A DNA stretch of 63,042 bases, the filler included, from Intoshia linei (Eukaryota; Animalia; Orthonectida): the NCBI GenBank assembly GCA_001642005.1. It is 5 parts of 5 records of this genome, joined end to end, with 100 filler letters (N's around TTAATTAATTAA, not from the genome) between each part and the next. Parts side by side here need not be neighbours in the genome. Positions count along the whole stretch, not along the records: positions 33,607 to 43,556 come from LWCA01001333.1; positions 43,657 to 63,042 come from LWCA01000732.1; 3 more parts are not named here. One strand, 5' to 3'. Position numbers and translations under genes: made by a program. The notes below the pieces were generated by a model that was not told the DNA's origin, ran no database searches, and saw only the letters and a program-made list of their open reading frames with translations. Below, in pieces: positions 41,301-53,800 of this stretch (positions within the stretch are counted from its first letter, which is position 1; each line of letters begins with the position of its first letter).

Positions 41301-42002
41301 TTCACCATCGTATAACGAAATTGAATTGGCTATTGTAATTTTTCAACGTACATTGTTATTTATTATTATTGTATATTGTTATTTATTGTACAATTGTACT
41401 ATATATACATAATATACATCCTTAATTATATAATATGCTACGCGATTCTTGTTTGTGTGTGGGGTCCACTTTATTGAAATAACTACCCGTTTTATAATTT
41501 TATAAAGTCCACATTTCAATTACAGTTTTTTCCGGGACGTATAATAAGATAAATTTCAACCTCCAATTTTACATCTTACAGGTCAAAAACCCAATTGTAC
41601 CTCTTTTTGAAAATCAAACGAATTGGAGAATTTAAAAAAATATATACGCTGATACGGATTTTAAAATCATAAACATTATCATAATTTTCAATTTAAAAAA
41701 ATTTAATCTTCAGGGCCAAAACCACAAATTACCCTTTTTTTTAATGAAAACAGCCCTATAATTTCAAAAAATTTACAGGTGGTACAGTTGTATCCTGTTA
41801 ACACACACAAAAATTTTATTTTATTTTTTATATTTTCATTTTAGAAAAGTTTAAAATCAAATTCATTATTTGGAAATTCACTGGAAGAGTTAATGAAGAT
41901 GCAAAAAGATAAATATCCAAATTTAAAAGTACCCTGGATAATGATAGCAATGATTGATTTAATTTTTTCATTAAACGGAAGCAACATTGAAGGAATTTTT
42001 AG
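35343..42002 (+). CDS. ARHGAP39: MyTH4-RhoGAP protein (ARHGAP39/Vilse), partial at both ends
   Basis: MyTH4 exons IFKMIQMFMDDR...LKNEFYMQLIAQTTGN and ESLVKGWELMSLTLCF. RhoGAP start SLFGNSLEELMKMQKDKYPNLKVPW...LNGSNIEGIFR at 41844-42002. Low-complexity exons 35343-36329 and 36863-37105 join in phase 1; their assignment to this gene is inferred. Confidence 0.88.
38242..38500. mobile_element. Tc2/pogo-type MITE
   Basis: TA-flanked 22-bp TIRs CCGTATTTTTCGGAGTATAAGG / CCTTATACTCCAAAAAATACGG, with internal GCGCCTTATA repeats. Confidence 0.88.
38678..39526. mobile_element. hAT-type MITE carrying a nested Helitron-like fragment
   Basis: TIRs CAGTGCTTCTCA / TGAGAAATACTG; TSD GCTTATAC / GCTTACAC. The interior ~38830-39350 matches the Helitron-like family inverted. 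Confidence 0.75.
41419..41815 (+). mobile_element. Helitron-like repeat, 5' fragment in ARHGAP39 intron
   Basis: A|TCCTTAATTATATAATATGC start; colinear with 22962-23415. Confidence 0.65.
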
Positions 42003-42967
42003 GTAATTATTATGTTTTAATATTTTTACGTAACTTTCATATTAAAATGCATTCAAATTGAGGAAACTGCCTTCATATTTGATTTAAAGTCGAATTAGGT
42101 GTGCAGTTACAATGTATTAATAACACAATATAGATGTATCTATGTTTTGCGACACGACAGTGTACATCATAAACAAATAATCATTTGTCACTTTGAGCAC
42201 TCCCGATATCCCTATTATGTTGTCAAATTTTATGTTTATAAGTAGAACCTGCCAACGATTCTCATATTCATTTTGTTGTTTTCAAAATAAAAAACGATAC
42301 ATGGTCTGAGTGTCGATGTTCCTGAATAACAAAAGAATAATATAAAGAAAAAGATATTATAGGGGTATTACACAAAAAATATTAAGGTTAAAACACTCCT
42401 GCATTCATCGTTAATCATCAAAATTTCCAGTCAAGTCCTCTGGGCAAATAGTATAAAAACTATTGATAATTCAAGCTGAAAATACTCGTTTATGTCCACT
42501 AATTAATTTTTCAATAATCATAATTTACGTCATCTGTAATTACAGTATAATTTTTGAACTCAGAGTGTCGATAATAATTAAATAACAATAAAATAAAAAT
42601 TGAAATAAGGTAAATCTAAATTTAAATTTAAAGTTTAAATTAAACTTTAATTTCAATTTGAAATCAAAATCATATGCTATCATAGTGATGCGAGCATAAT
42701 ATTTCTAACAAAAATCAAATTTTAATTTGATACATGAAAACTAGATTTTTGAATTACCAAGATAAGATTGTAACGCATTCTATAAATAACGATAAATTCT
42801 GGGTTATTGGTGTGATTTATACTTTACAACTGAAAGATAATTACCGAAATATTTGAATTTTAGAAATTTTTTTTTTAAAATTCTAGGATACTTAATTTAA
42901 AAAAAAGAAAAGGGTCGTGATTTTCAAAAAATCCTCAAAATCAATGAGCCCGGTAGAACCCTTAGAT

Positions 42968-43556
42968 CAGGGCGGCAACCAGTAGACCGCTGGCCAAAAG
43001 TGGCCTACATAATAATTTTGGTGGCCCGTTGATTAAATATGTAAATTATTTATTTTTCAACTTTTGACTTGGACTTTCATTTTTAGATGTTTCTTTGAAA
43101 TTTGGGAAATGTTCAAGAATATTATTTTCAAAATTATTAATCCACAAAAACAGTTTACATTCGAATGCATTCACAATATCATAATAATCTGTAATTATTT
43201 TATTCTTTCCTTGCAGTTTTAAATTTAAAGAGTTCAGGTGACTAGTAATATCTACCATAAAAGATAAATCAGACAGCCAGATTGTATCTGAAAACTCTGC
43301 AAAATGTTTATTTTTTGAGTCTAGAAATGATTTTACTTCCGGCAGTAGATTATAAAATCTTTCCAGCATTCGCCCTTTAGAAAGCCATCTCGCATTTGTA
43401 AAATATAATAGGTCATTATAATCGCTATTAGATTCATTTAAAAATGTTTGAAATTGTCGATGGTTAGCCCCATGCCTCCTTAAAAAATTGAAATCTCTGA
43501 CTACTACTTCACATATACCGTTTATGTCACATACTCGAGAGCATAGCGCTTGTTGG
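42968..43556 (-). mobile_element. hAT (Buster/SPIN, GTF2IRD2-like) transposase remnant with one terminus
   Basis: QQALCS...HRQFQTFL...DLLYFTNARWLSKGRMLERF...WLSDLSFMVDITSHLNSLNLKLQG. Terminus CAGGGCGGCAACC at 42968. The C-terminus is deleted and the 5' side is cut by the gap. Confidence 0.9.
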
Positions 43557-43656
43557 NNNNNNNNNNNNNNNNNNNNNNNNNNNNNNNNNNNNNNNNNNNN
43601 TTAATTAATTAANNNNNNNNNNNNNNNNNNNNNNNNNNNNNNNNNNNNNNNNNNNN
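43557..43656. other. Artificial contig spacer
   Basis: N-run with TTAATTAATTAA. Confidence 0.97.
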
Positions 43657-45069
43657 TGGATCACTTCAAATTTATTAATTAATAAAAATTAATTATTTTT
43701 TAATTATGCCCAAAAAAATTATAATTGTAAAGAGTTTATTGATTTTTACAAAAATTTGGAAAATCATAGTGAATTATGTAAAAAAATAATTTGCAATGAT
43801 AAATACCAATAAAATTAACATTTACATTTCATATTTTAAATTTCAAACTGTTAGAACTTTCAATTCAAATTTTATTGTTCTTTTTGTTTCTAAGAAACAC
43901 AGAAAATTTGAATCTGAGTAAGTGACGACTTCACGGTCAAAAAAGCATTTTAGTATTCATATATTTTTTTTCGAAATATATTATTAAAACAAAAAATGTG
44001 AAATAATTAAAGGTCCGAAAATTAAAAAAAAAAATTATTCTGATAGAACTTATTCCAGTTGATATAAATATTCGAAAATTAAAAAAAAGAGATTATTCTG
44101 ATAGACCTTATTCCAGTTGATATAAATACAAAAGTTAACAAAAGTTCAACCCGAGAAATCTACGCATTCCCAATAAAAAATAATTTTTAATATAATCAAT
44201 CAATATTTTTCAAATATTTCGATTAACAAATGTAAAATAAAAATTGAAAATGTAAATATTGATGCTACAATTTCAAAAAAAAAATGTGCAGTGAACGTCT
44301 ACACATTTCCAATAAAGAAATAACTGGTCAATTTTAGAATTGAAGTGAAACTTTGTTATATTTTTTGTAACATTAAAAGTGTTAATAAATGGGTTATATG
44401 AACTAAAACTTATAAATATAATATATCATTGAAATCAGCGTTAGATTATCCACAAGATGGTATTATTTTTATACAGATATATTTTTCAGTGTTGTCTAGT
44501 ATTATATATGTAAGGATACAATTTAATTTTCAATTTTGTTGACGAGATCAACAACAATAACAACTTGTTAATAAAATTGACATTAAAGTATGACTTATGA
44601 CAGTGATGGCAAGACTTTTCAGTTGGTGTGTCAAAAAAATTTTTTGTTGTTTTCTTTTCTAGTTGCGTGTCATTTTATAAATGATAAACAATTTTAGATA
44701 TGTATACTTTTCTATTATAATTAATAGTTTATTTTTCCACATCATATTAAAAATTTCAAATAAGCTTTTTACAGTACCAGTGTGTCGCTTATAATGTATT
44801 ACTATTATCAAATTAAATATACATGTAAAATGTACATGTAATTGTATTTAAGTTTTAAATATTCCTTTAAAAACTTGAACTTTGACTTGTTTCAAATCGA
44901 ATATACAAAAAACGAGAAACAATCACAAGTTGGAATAAATTTCTCCATCCAATTTGTTACTATGATAATTTTGAAAAAATACGATAAATATAAAGATAAA
45001 TGATAATAATAATGATGAAATGTTGAATAAAATAGAAATAGACACAAATATACATTCAATAACAATGAT

Positions 45070-45870
45070 TTATTGATTATACGTAAAGCTTTTCTTTTCT
45101 TTCACACGTCGATTCTATAAAAATATTATTTACATTTTATATTAAAGTATGATAAACAATTATGTTAATAGCAATATATAATCATTATAATATATTCATT
45201 ATTAAAAATAAATTACTTGGTACCAAACCTTCACTTGCGCTTTTGTAAGATTTAATTTCTTACAAAGGTGTTCCTTTTCTTCTATCGTTACGAATATATT
45301 TCTGTTAAAACTAAAAAGATATTTATAATATAATATAATAAATTATTACAATCTTTCAAGTACAGCAATCTGGTCCTCAGTATAAACGGACCGTTGAGCT
45401 CTTGGTTTTTTTGTTTTTTGAAGTCTTTTCAGAGTAGATTCTAAGTAATAATAATGTTAAATGTGACTTAAAATTTTAAAATACAATAAGATTAAAAATT
45501 TATAGTACGTTTTGGTATGTTTTGGTAAGTATGTTTGGCAATGAGTACTTTGGATAATTCTAAAATATGATTAAAATAAATAAATACATATCCAACAACA
45601 TTAATATATATATACATTTGATATGTATATTTATATGATTTAAATAATTATGTATTACCAGTTGTCTCTCCAAATCGACATGAATTCCAATTCTGTTGAT
45701 ATTGTTGAAAATACGGTTCTAAAATATGATAAAAGCCCGTATTGACAACATAAGTTGTGATATTTGCATAAAATATAAAACTATTAATTACCAACTCGTT
45801 GTCTCATGTATAAGAATTGATTTGTGTAATCTGCTAACCATATAGGGATATTAACGTTATCTTTATCCAT
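45070..45870 (-). CDS. ANTP-class homeobox gene, divergent, most like Cdx/caudal (139 aa, six exons)
   Basis: Exons 45870-45792, 45718-45659, 45559-45509, 45440-45350, 45310-45217 and 45114-45070 splice in phase. Homeodomain: PRAQRSVYTEDQIAVLERFFNRNIFVTIEEKEHLCKKLNLTKAQVKVWYQNRRVKEKK. Confidence 0.9.
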
Positions 45871-48800
45871 TGTTATTTTATAATATGAATATATTAATGT
45901 ATACAATCAATATATTTTTATTCCAAAAAATCAGTGTTCGGTTTCGCAACGTGTGGCGCTGAAATTTTTAATTTATTTTAAATAAAATTTAAAATTAAAA
46001 TTAACGAATTTATCGAAAATTAAAAAAAGTGAATTGTAACAGACGATTAAAATCTACACAATATAAAGTTTGCATTCGATGCTGCAAAGCTATACGGACA
46101 TTTACAATTATTTGATTGTTGCAAATTTTTTTCATTTTAATTATTGTAAAATATTTAATGTACATCAATTTATTCTCATAAAAAATATTAAATATGGTGA
46201 ATACCATTTGTAAATTTGTTATGGTCGTAAATATATCAACATATTTGCACTAATAGAATACTGAAATGATTTAATAGTAGTAAATAAAGATATAAAAAAT
46301 TATATATATATAAATAATAAAATTACTTGTTTAAATATTTTAAAATCGTTTCAAAATGAATTCCAGATAAATGAAATTAGATTAATATTAATAGTAATAT
46401 AAATATAGTAGGCGTGTTAATAACGTTAATCTGATAATTAATTGTATCGCTATTATTTAACAATGTGCTAAATATTATGTGCATATTTTGAAATCGACTA
46501 ATCATAATCGTTTGTACTAATACACTGGTGGAATGTTTCGCTATCTTAATGTTCGTTTATTTTGGCCCGCGAAATATAAAGAAATGTAAATTATTCTATC
46601 CAGACTAGACAAACCCGTGGAGAGCTATAATTATTCCCGAATCGGATAAAATTTTTAAACTTAAAAGATTATTTTTAGGAATAGTGATAATTTTGTTGAT
46701 TTAAATTGAGGGTTAAATTTAACAACATATATTTGATTTAGATTATTATGCGCATTTATTCTGCTGGAAATTTAAAATTAATTCATTTTCTATTTATGAT
46801 TTTTTTAATTTATCGACAAGTATTGTAATTAATATAATATAAAAAAAATTGGGACCAGATTATATGAACCTAGTCCATTCATGGGTTAAACATATAAACT
46901 TAATTAAGGTATCAGTTAGGCATTATAGAGTCATCATAAATATACAATGTAGTACAATTTGCATTTTAACAAATAAATAAAACAGCCCTTGAATTTAAAA
47001 ATCATTCTTTATAATCTCTCTTTACTCTTTTAAAATCGTTAATATTGTCGTAAATCTCAAACTCAGCAACGTTCATCTTCATGGTCAAAACCACAAATTC
47101 CCTTTTTTAAAAATGAAAAAAATTTTACCATCCTAGAATTTTACAAAACATTAATTATGGCATAGTTTTTAAAATCATGAGGGTTATCATAAATCGCAAC
47201 CTAAAAACTTGTCGTTTCAAAAAAATAGTAGGATTCATCAAATTTTCGTTATTTTGTGTTAATATTTTTGTGCTGAGATACATATATTTATACTAAGATT
47301 GAAAAAAGCAAATTCATTAAAAGCGTAATGTTTATGCCCTATAACTTGGTATGTATTCCTAAAAACAGAAAAAACATTTTATTTCATGGAATCTCTATTA
47401 ATTAGCATGTAAATAAACTATTATATATGATTTCACCTTATTTGTTTTTTCAGTATTGAACAAGGTAATAAGACCCCAAAAATTTGTGCGGCACGGTGCG
47501 GGTCGCTGTACCAATTCATTAAAATTTACAGAAATAAGTATGGTTTTATCTGAACAGTTCATTTTTTATTTTCTAGCTTATTCGAGCTGCGAATCAAAAA
47601 CATTGGAGGATATTTATTCAAGTTAAATTACTAATTTTAATTTAAAAACGTTTAATATGTCTAACATGTTATCAATATGAACATTGTATTCAGTTAATTT
47701 ATAGAAATTAAATTTTCATTAATTAACATATAATTGTCAAGTTTCAAATACGTCATGTGTGACTTTTCTGCAATGATTTAAACGGTTATATTAATTTATG
47801 TTATTTTTGTTGATTTTAGCACTCTAATCTTTTCAATTATCTTGTGTATATCGGCTTGTTTGATATGTTTCAATTTGAAACGTTGACGCAATAATTACTT
47901 GGATCATTATTATGTCTTTTGTTTATGGATTAAGTCTAATCTGTTTGTTTACATATTTGTATATTTAATCTTCAAGTATAATATTATAATTAATTTAAAA
48001 TAAAACGAAATGTAAATTAAAATATTATTTTCATGACATTTTCTAATCTTGACATGGAAATTTTACCAAGTTTTCTTAGCGGTTGGAAGACGTTATAGCT
48101 TTTATATTCAATGCCGGACATAAATCATAGGCACGCGAAATTTATCTAATCTAAACACTAGGGAAGTGGATAGGGGGTAGGGGTCATATAGTCCGAGCCT
48201 AAAATCATAAAGGTCTAATATTTTAATTTATTCATTGGCAATGTTGGAAAATTTCTTAATTATGTCAAAATTATGATGATTAATACGATTTACAACTGTT
48301 CTTTTCAATTTTTAAGCAATAAACAATCGATTAAACAATGTATAGACATGCCAATTTAAAAAAAAATTTCCATCTGACCCGGGCCTACTGTTGGCTTTCT
48401 ACAGTTTAGATATTTTCTTATAGGGTGTCCATTTAATTTTACTCAGTATTTTTATGATTTACACAGTATTAGTTAAGTTTACTCAGTATTACTTACGTTT
48501 ACAAAAAAATAAAAAATTTACACAGATTGTAATAAAATTGTTAACGTTTCCACTTACTTTTACACTAATAATTAAAACTGGTTTAATAATGATATTTTTT
48601 AATTTTATATCATTTATTGGTTAATCAGTATTTACTTTATAGTATATATTTTTTTCCACTATATTATATTCAAAATATTGTTAAATTTTCAAACTATAGG
48701 ATTATTTCTAAAAAATCTTTAGATATCCCAAACAGGGCCGTGGGAGAGGGGTAAAAATTATATCGGCTACAAAATAGTACATGAATTAATAAAAAAATGT

Positions 48801-49058
48801 GAAGATTGCTTTTTCTATAATTCAAGCCTGGAAAGCTATGAAAGATATCTATTTTGAAGAAGATCCATGTAATATTAAATTATACATTATGAAACCCTGG
48901 AAAACAATGACATTAGAGTTATTTGATTTATATTATGATAAAACTGGCAACAAAAATATAAAACATTTATTTTAGGGTTTAACTTCAAAAGGTAACAATT
49001 TGTATATTCAACGTTACATTAAATATTTTTATCTTATTTTAGAAACAAACATTACTAA

Positions 49059-50718
49059 TTATTTGAGGCACATTATTTCCAAGTGATGAAGATGATAAAT
49101 GAGTGGCACATATGCAATTTCATTAGGTTGAACCAATTTAAGAAATGTATCTACCCGTTTTTTCTCTCTTAAATTTTCGTACAACCTTCTTTTGAGAGAA
49201 AGAACACGTTTTCCTCCGATACTATCATTTAGAAGATTATTTAATTCACTATATTTGGTATAAGCATCTTCTGGATTTAAAATACTATATTCAAATAAAT
49301 TTTGCAAAACATTTAATCCCGTTCTATTTTTGCTGTTAGATATTTGAGATTTTTGAACACATTTTTGAATCCGTTCTTCAGATTTCCATTTTATCGGTTT
49401 AGCTTTAGGAGTTTCTGATTTTTTCATAGAATCTGTCGGGTCACTCGTAACAGTAATATGGACTCTTGAAATATTATCATCGGAAATACGACTTATATTT
49501 TCAACACTGTTAAAGGCTGTACGCTTTAAATTATTATCGTTATTATAAAATTTCCGATATCTATCCAATTGGGATTCAATTTTATCTAATTTTTTGTTCC
49601 GTGATACAATTTCCGAATGGAAAATTTTTTCTTTAACTTTTTTTTCTTTTGGTTTGTCTTCTAGTTTCTATTAAATTTGATAAATAATTAAATTCATATA
49701 AATTTTTTATACTTACATTATCAAATTGAGCTAGATCGAAATATTGATTCCTTTCCAATTTTTCAATTTGAGATTTATAGATTTTTATATAATATTGCAA
49801 ATTTGATATTTTTAAAATTTCATCTGCACGTGGTCTCATTTTCGGGTCTATGCTCAACATTTTCGTCAACAATTGATGTGGTACATGTGAATATTTTCTA
49901 GGTTGATTAAAATTGAAATTTACAAATTTACCGGGGTATAGGTTTGTATTCACCTCGCATAATTTTCAAAATTAAAAAATCTAAATTTTTTCCTTCAAAA
50001 GCGTGTCGCAACGATAACATTTCATATAATACGCATCCAAGGGACCAAATGTCGCTTTTTTGGTTGTATCTAACTTTTATAAAAATAAATTTTTTTAAAT
50101 CTTACGATTTTCTTTCGCATATTTCGGGGCTCAAGTAGAATGGAGTTCCGATAGCTGTTTGCGCTTGGTCGTTATAATTTTGCAAAAGTTTGGCTATTCC
50201 GAAATCTCCAACTTTGATGACATTTTTACTAGTTAAAAATATATTGTGGCATTTCATATCTAGTTTTCAATTAAAAAAATATACAGAATATATCATGTGA
50301 ACCTCTATGAAGAATTTTAAGGGAATGTATGTATCGCAAAGCAAAACAAATTTGAACAAACCAATTGAGAATTACTTCCTCGTCAATATATATGCCATTT
50401 CTACTTTCTATGTAGCTGTGCAAATCTCCTAAATAATACTTTTATATTTTCAAAATTAATCATACCAGCATCAGCATATTCCATGATAATACATAATAAT
50501 CCATTGTCAGCTACAAATGATTCCTTGTATCCAATAATGTTCAAATGCCGGCATTTTGACAATAGCTTAATTTCTGTTGAAACTTGAATTTGGTTTTCTT
50601 TTGTCACGTGAATTTCTTTTAATGCGAATATCTTATCCGACATTGTAGTTGTTGTCGTCCACACTTTTCCATACGTTCCACTTCCAATAAGGTCAATTTT
50701 TTTGTATAATTTTGACAT
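49059..50718 (-). CDS. NIMA-related Ser/Thr kinase (NEK1/3/4/5-like)
   Basis: IGSGTYG, ALKEI, HLNIIGYKESF, IIMEYADAGDL, ILNWFVQICFALRYIH..KILHRDMK..NIFLT, VKVGDFGIAK-like, IGTPFYLSPEICE, YNQKSDIWSLGCVLYEM; short introns. Confidence 0.93.
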
Positions 50719-50863
50719 TACTTTTTTTTAAAATTAATAAAAACTTTTTAAAATAAACTAGTTTTACAAACCAGTTTATAAACTTATACTCGGTATTAAA
50801 TGTGATAGTTTAGTCTTTCATATTTAATAACGATATAAAGGAATTTACAAGATTTAATTTTTA

Positions 50864-53800
50864 TTAGTACATTTTAAATTTTTTAATTTCCACCATTATA
50901 TTGTGAATATTAACTAGTTCGGCCTTGGTTTTGGAATTTATAAAAAATTTATTTCTGGTAATTTTCTGAAATCGATGGTAGTATTTTACAAATATCATCA
51001 TTGTCTCCTATTAAAATTTAATTACTAAAATCCGGGCGAACCTACCGTACCGAGACCCTTTTTGGGGAATCGCCGAAATTTTTGACTGTCATAACTAGTT
51101 TGTGTATCAAAATTAAAATATAAAGTCCAGATCCGTGGAGAGTTGGCTAGGGACTATATATTACTACCATCACTTGATAATTTTTTTTAGTGGCATATTT
51201 TTCATTTTCGTGTGGGCTCGAATATGGTAGGTTCGGGTCTGACGAAAGTACACGTTTCACTTTCAAAATAATATAATTAATCAAACTAAATATTTAAAAC
51301 AAAAAATTTAAAAGTGGGAGGGGGGGGCCCGAAAAAACCTTACGATGAATTATGATTCAACTAAATATGAATAGTTGTTGGAATAATTTTAAAATTGATA
51401 TAATGTAATCCTACCTAATCGGCAATCTTTACAAATTGTTGAAGAAATATAAAACCAAACATTTACGGTTTCACATTCTTTCGTTTTATTTTGATTTTTT
51501 AAAAATGAATTTTTGATTTTAAGGTTGGTAAAATTAGAATTTTCTCTAAAGGGTTGGTAAAATTGGATTTTTCTTTTTAAGGTTGATAAAACTAGAATTT
51601 TATCTATTGGATTAATAATATTGGATTTTCTATTTTAGGGATGGTAAAACTGGATTTTTCTTTTTAGGGTTGGTAAAACTAGAATTTTCCCTAAAGGGTT
51701 GGTAAAATTGGATTTTTCCTATTAAGGTTAGTTAAACTAGAATTTCCCTAAAGGGTTGGTAAAACTCGATTTTTCTTTTTAAGGTTGGTAAAAGTAGAAT
51801 TTTCTCTACAGGGTTGATAAAATTGAATTTTTCCTATTAAGGTTTGTTATACTAGAATTTTCCCTAAAGGGTTGAAAAAACTCGATTTTTCTTTTTAGGG
51901 TTGGTAAAAGTAGAATTTTCTCTAAAGGATTGATAAAATTGGATTTTTCCCATTAAGGTTGGTAAAACTATAATTTTACCTAAAGGATTGGTAAAATTGG
52001 ATTTTTAAAATTATGCATTGGAAAGTTTAGTAAAAATTTTTGAATGATTGAGATATGAATCATTGACGTGAAACCTGTGCTAAAATACATACAATATGTA
52101 TCAATATTAATTTTATTCATTACCTGTAAGATTTTAGATGCAGTATATAAATTGGTAAAAGATTTAATTGTTGTATTGCGCATTTTATCTAGCCAAATTT
52201 TCCAATTTTCGTTGACATTATTAATAAGATGAACAATTTGTTTAATTTTGGTTGAAATGAGTTCAGATTGTTTTTCTTGAGATGATTCAATTGCTTCATA
52301 TTGCTTAACTAATCGAATTATTGGGCCGATATATGGAGACAACGTTTCATCTATAAATTCACCATTTCTTTGCATAAATACTTGTTCCAGTTCAACATAA
52401 ATTTTGTGTGGCTTTGTGGCTCGTTCCTAAATAAAAAATGTAATAGACTTAATTTTAATAAAAATTGTTAAACCCTGAAAACTGCAAGAATAACTTCATA
52501 ATTGTTAATCAGTAAAATAATTTGACTAGACCTTTCATTCAATTCGGCCGCAAGGCGCAATATAAAATTGTGGTATTCGTTGTAGATTATCATTACAACA
52601 TTATCAACTTTATCTTCATTTAGATTTTCATTCATTAAGCATATTGCAGTGCTAAGTTCTGCAAATCTTCGTGTTATCTAATATTTAATTATAATTCAAA
52701 AATTAAATTGTCAATTCGTACTCTGTAAGCAGGTATGCTGATTTTCCATGAAATTAGCAAGACAAAGTTGTCAAAATACAAAATTAGAGACAAACATGTA
52801 CGCAAGTGGTCGTCGACCCTAGGCATTCATCATTCTTAATATTTTAATAAAATTTTATTATATCCAAATTCGACAAGTATTTATAACCCGGCCACAACCA
52901 AAACAATCATAATAAATTACATAATGAGGTTTCAATTCTACATTAGACAAAGTTTGTGTATTAATAGCGCGTAAACTTTTTATGTTTAAATTTGTTAGTT
53001 CATGGATTCGATTCCAAATTTTTTCATTTGCTATTGTCCAGAAACTAAATAGTATCTTTAATTAAAAAGTATTTGTGTATAATTAATAAAATATGAACAT
53101 TAAAAAAATAACGTCATCGTACCTACTTAAAATGGCTAAATTATGTTTCAGGATAATATCTCTGAATCGATTCAACAGAATTAAACATAATATTAGAAAT
53201 ATCAAATCGTAGGAATCAGAAACAAAAAGATCCAATTGTTTCTAAATTTATTGGATTAATAAAACATTACATTATGTAATTTACATGTATAGTTTAGTGC
53301 AGTGTTTATCAAACTTTTTTACATAAAGTGAACTTAGAAGCAATTAAAAAATTTTGGAGTTCAATCAAATACCAAGATATAAAACATTATATTTTTTGAA
53401 TGTATACTGAAAATCTTTACTATAGTACATGAGAATAGTATTGACTCAATGTTGAAAATAAATATGGCATATACCTAAACTTCTCAACAGCTTTATCAAC
53501 TGTTTTCAGTTATATCAATTAAAAATTTCCTTAAAAGTTAATTCAAATTTTCACTTTTTCGAGTCCAATACTGTATAATATTTTGCAAGGAAAAGTTGGA
53601 AATTTGACAAAAAGCTGTTTCGCATAAAAAACAATACAATCTGATGTAACAATCCCCTGTGAAATGGTATATAGCTCGTTTTAAATTATTCAGAGACGCA
53701 CCGATTGAGAAACACTGCTTTATTGTAAAGAATGTTCCTAACCCGAGGTCTGAAAAAGTAATCATCCGTTACATTACGACTCTGTTTGAAAAGGTCCGCA

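Noticed and set aside
46530-46650. LDKPVESYNYSRIG* resembling an amidated RIamide peptide
   Set aside because: It needs an 18-nt intron, has no signal peptide, and the DNA looks like a hAT MITE end (TGGCCCGCG...GACAAACCCGTG).
47454-47630. Two possible small exons (RPQKFVRHG...C...C), vaguely luqin-like
   Set aside because: No in-phase first exon or signal peptide, and no dibasic cleavage site.
768-50718. Genome-stability gene cluster (PIAS, RPA2, RAD1, TMEM201, NEK)
   Set aside because: Only RPA2 and RAD1 share a contig. The others are separated by artificial spacers and unrelated genes.
51522-52005. CRISPR-like regular ~30-bp repeats
   Set aside because: The units are contiguous and degenerate with no unique spacers, lie in a spliceosomal intron, and have no cas genes nearby. 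This is a minisatellite.
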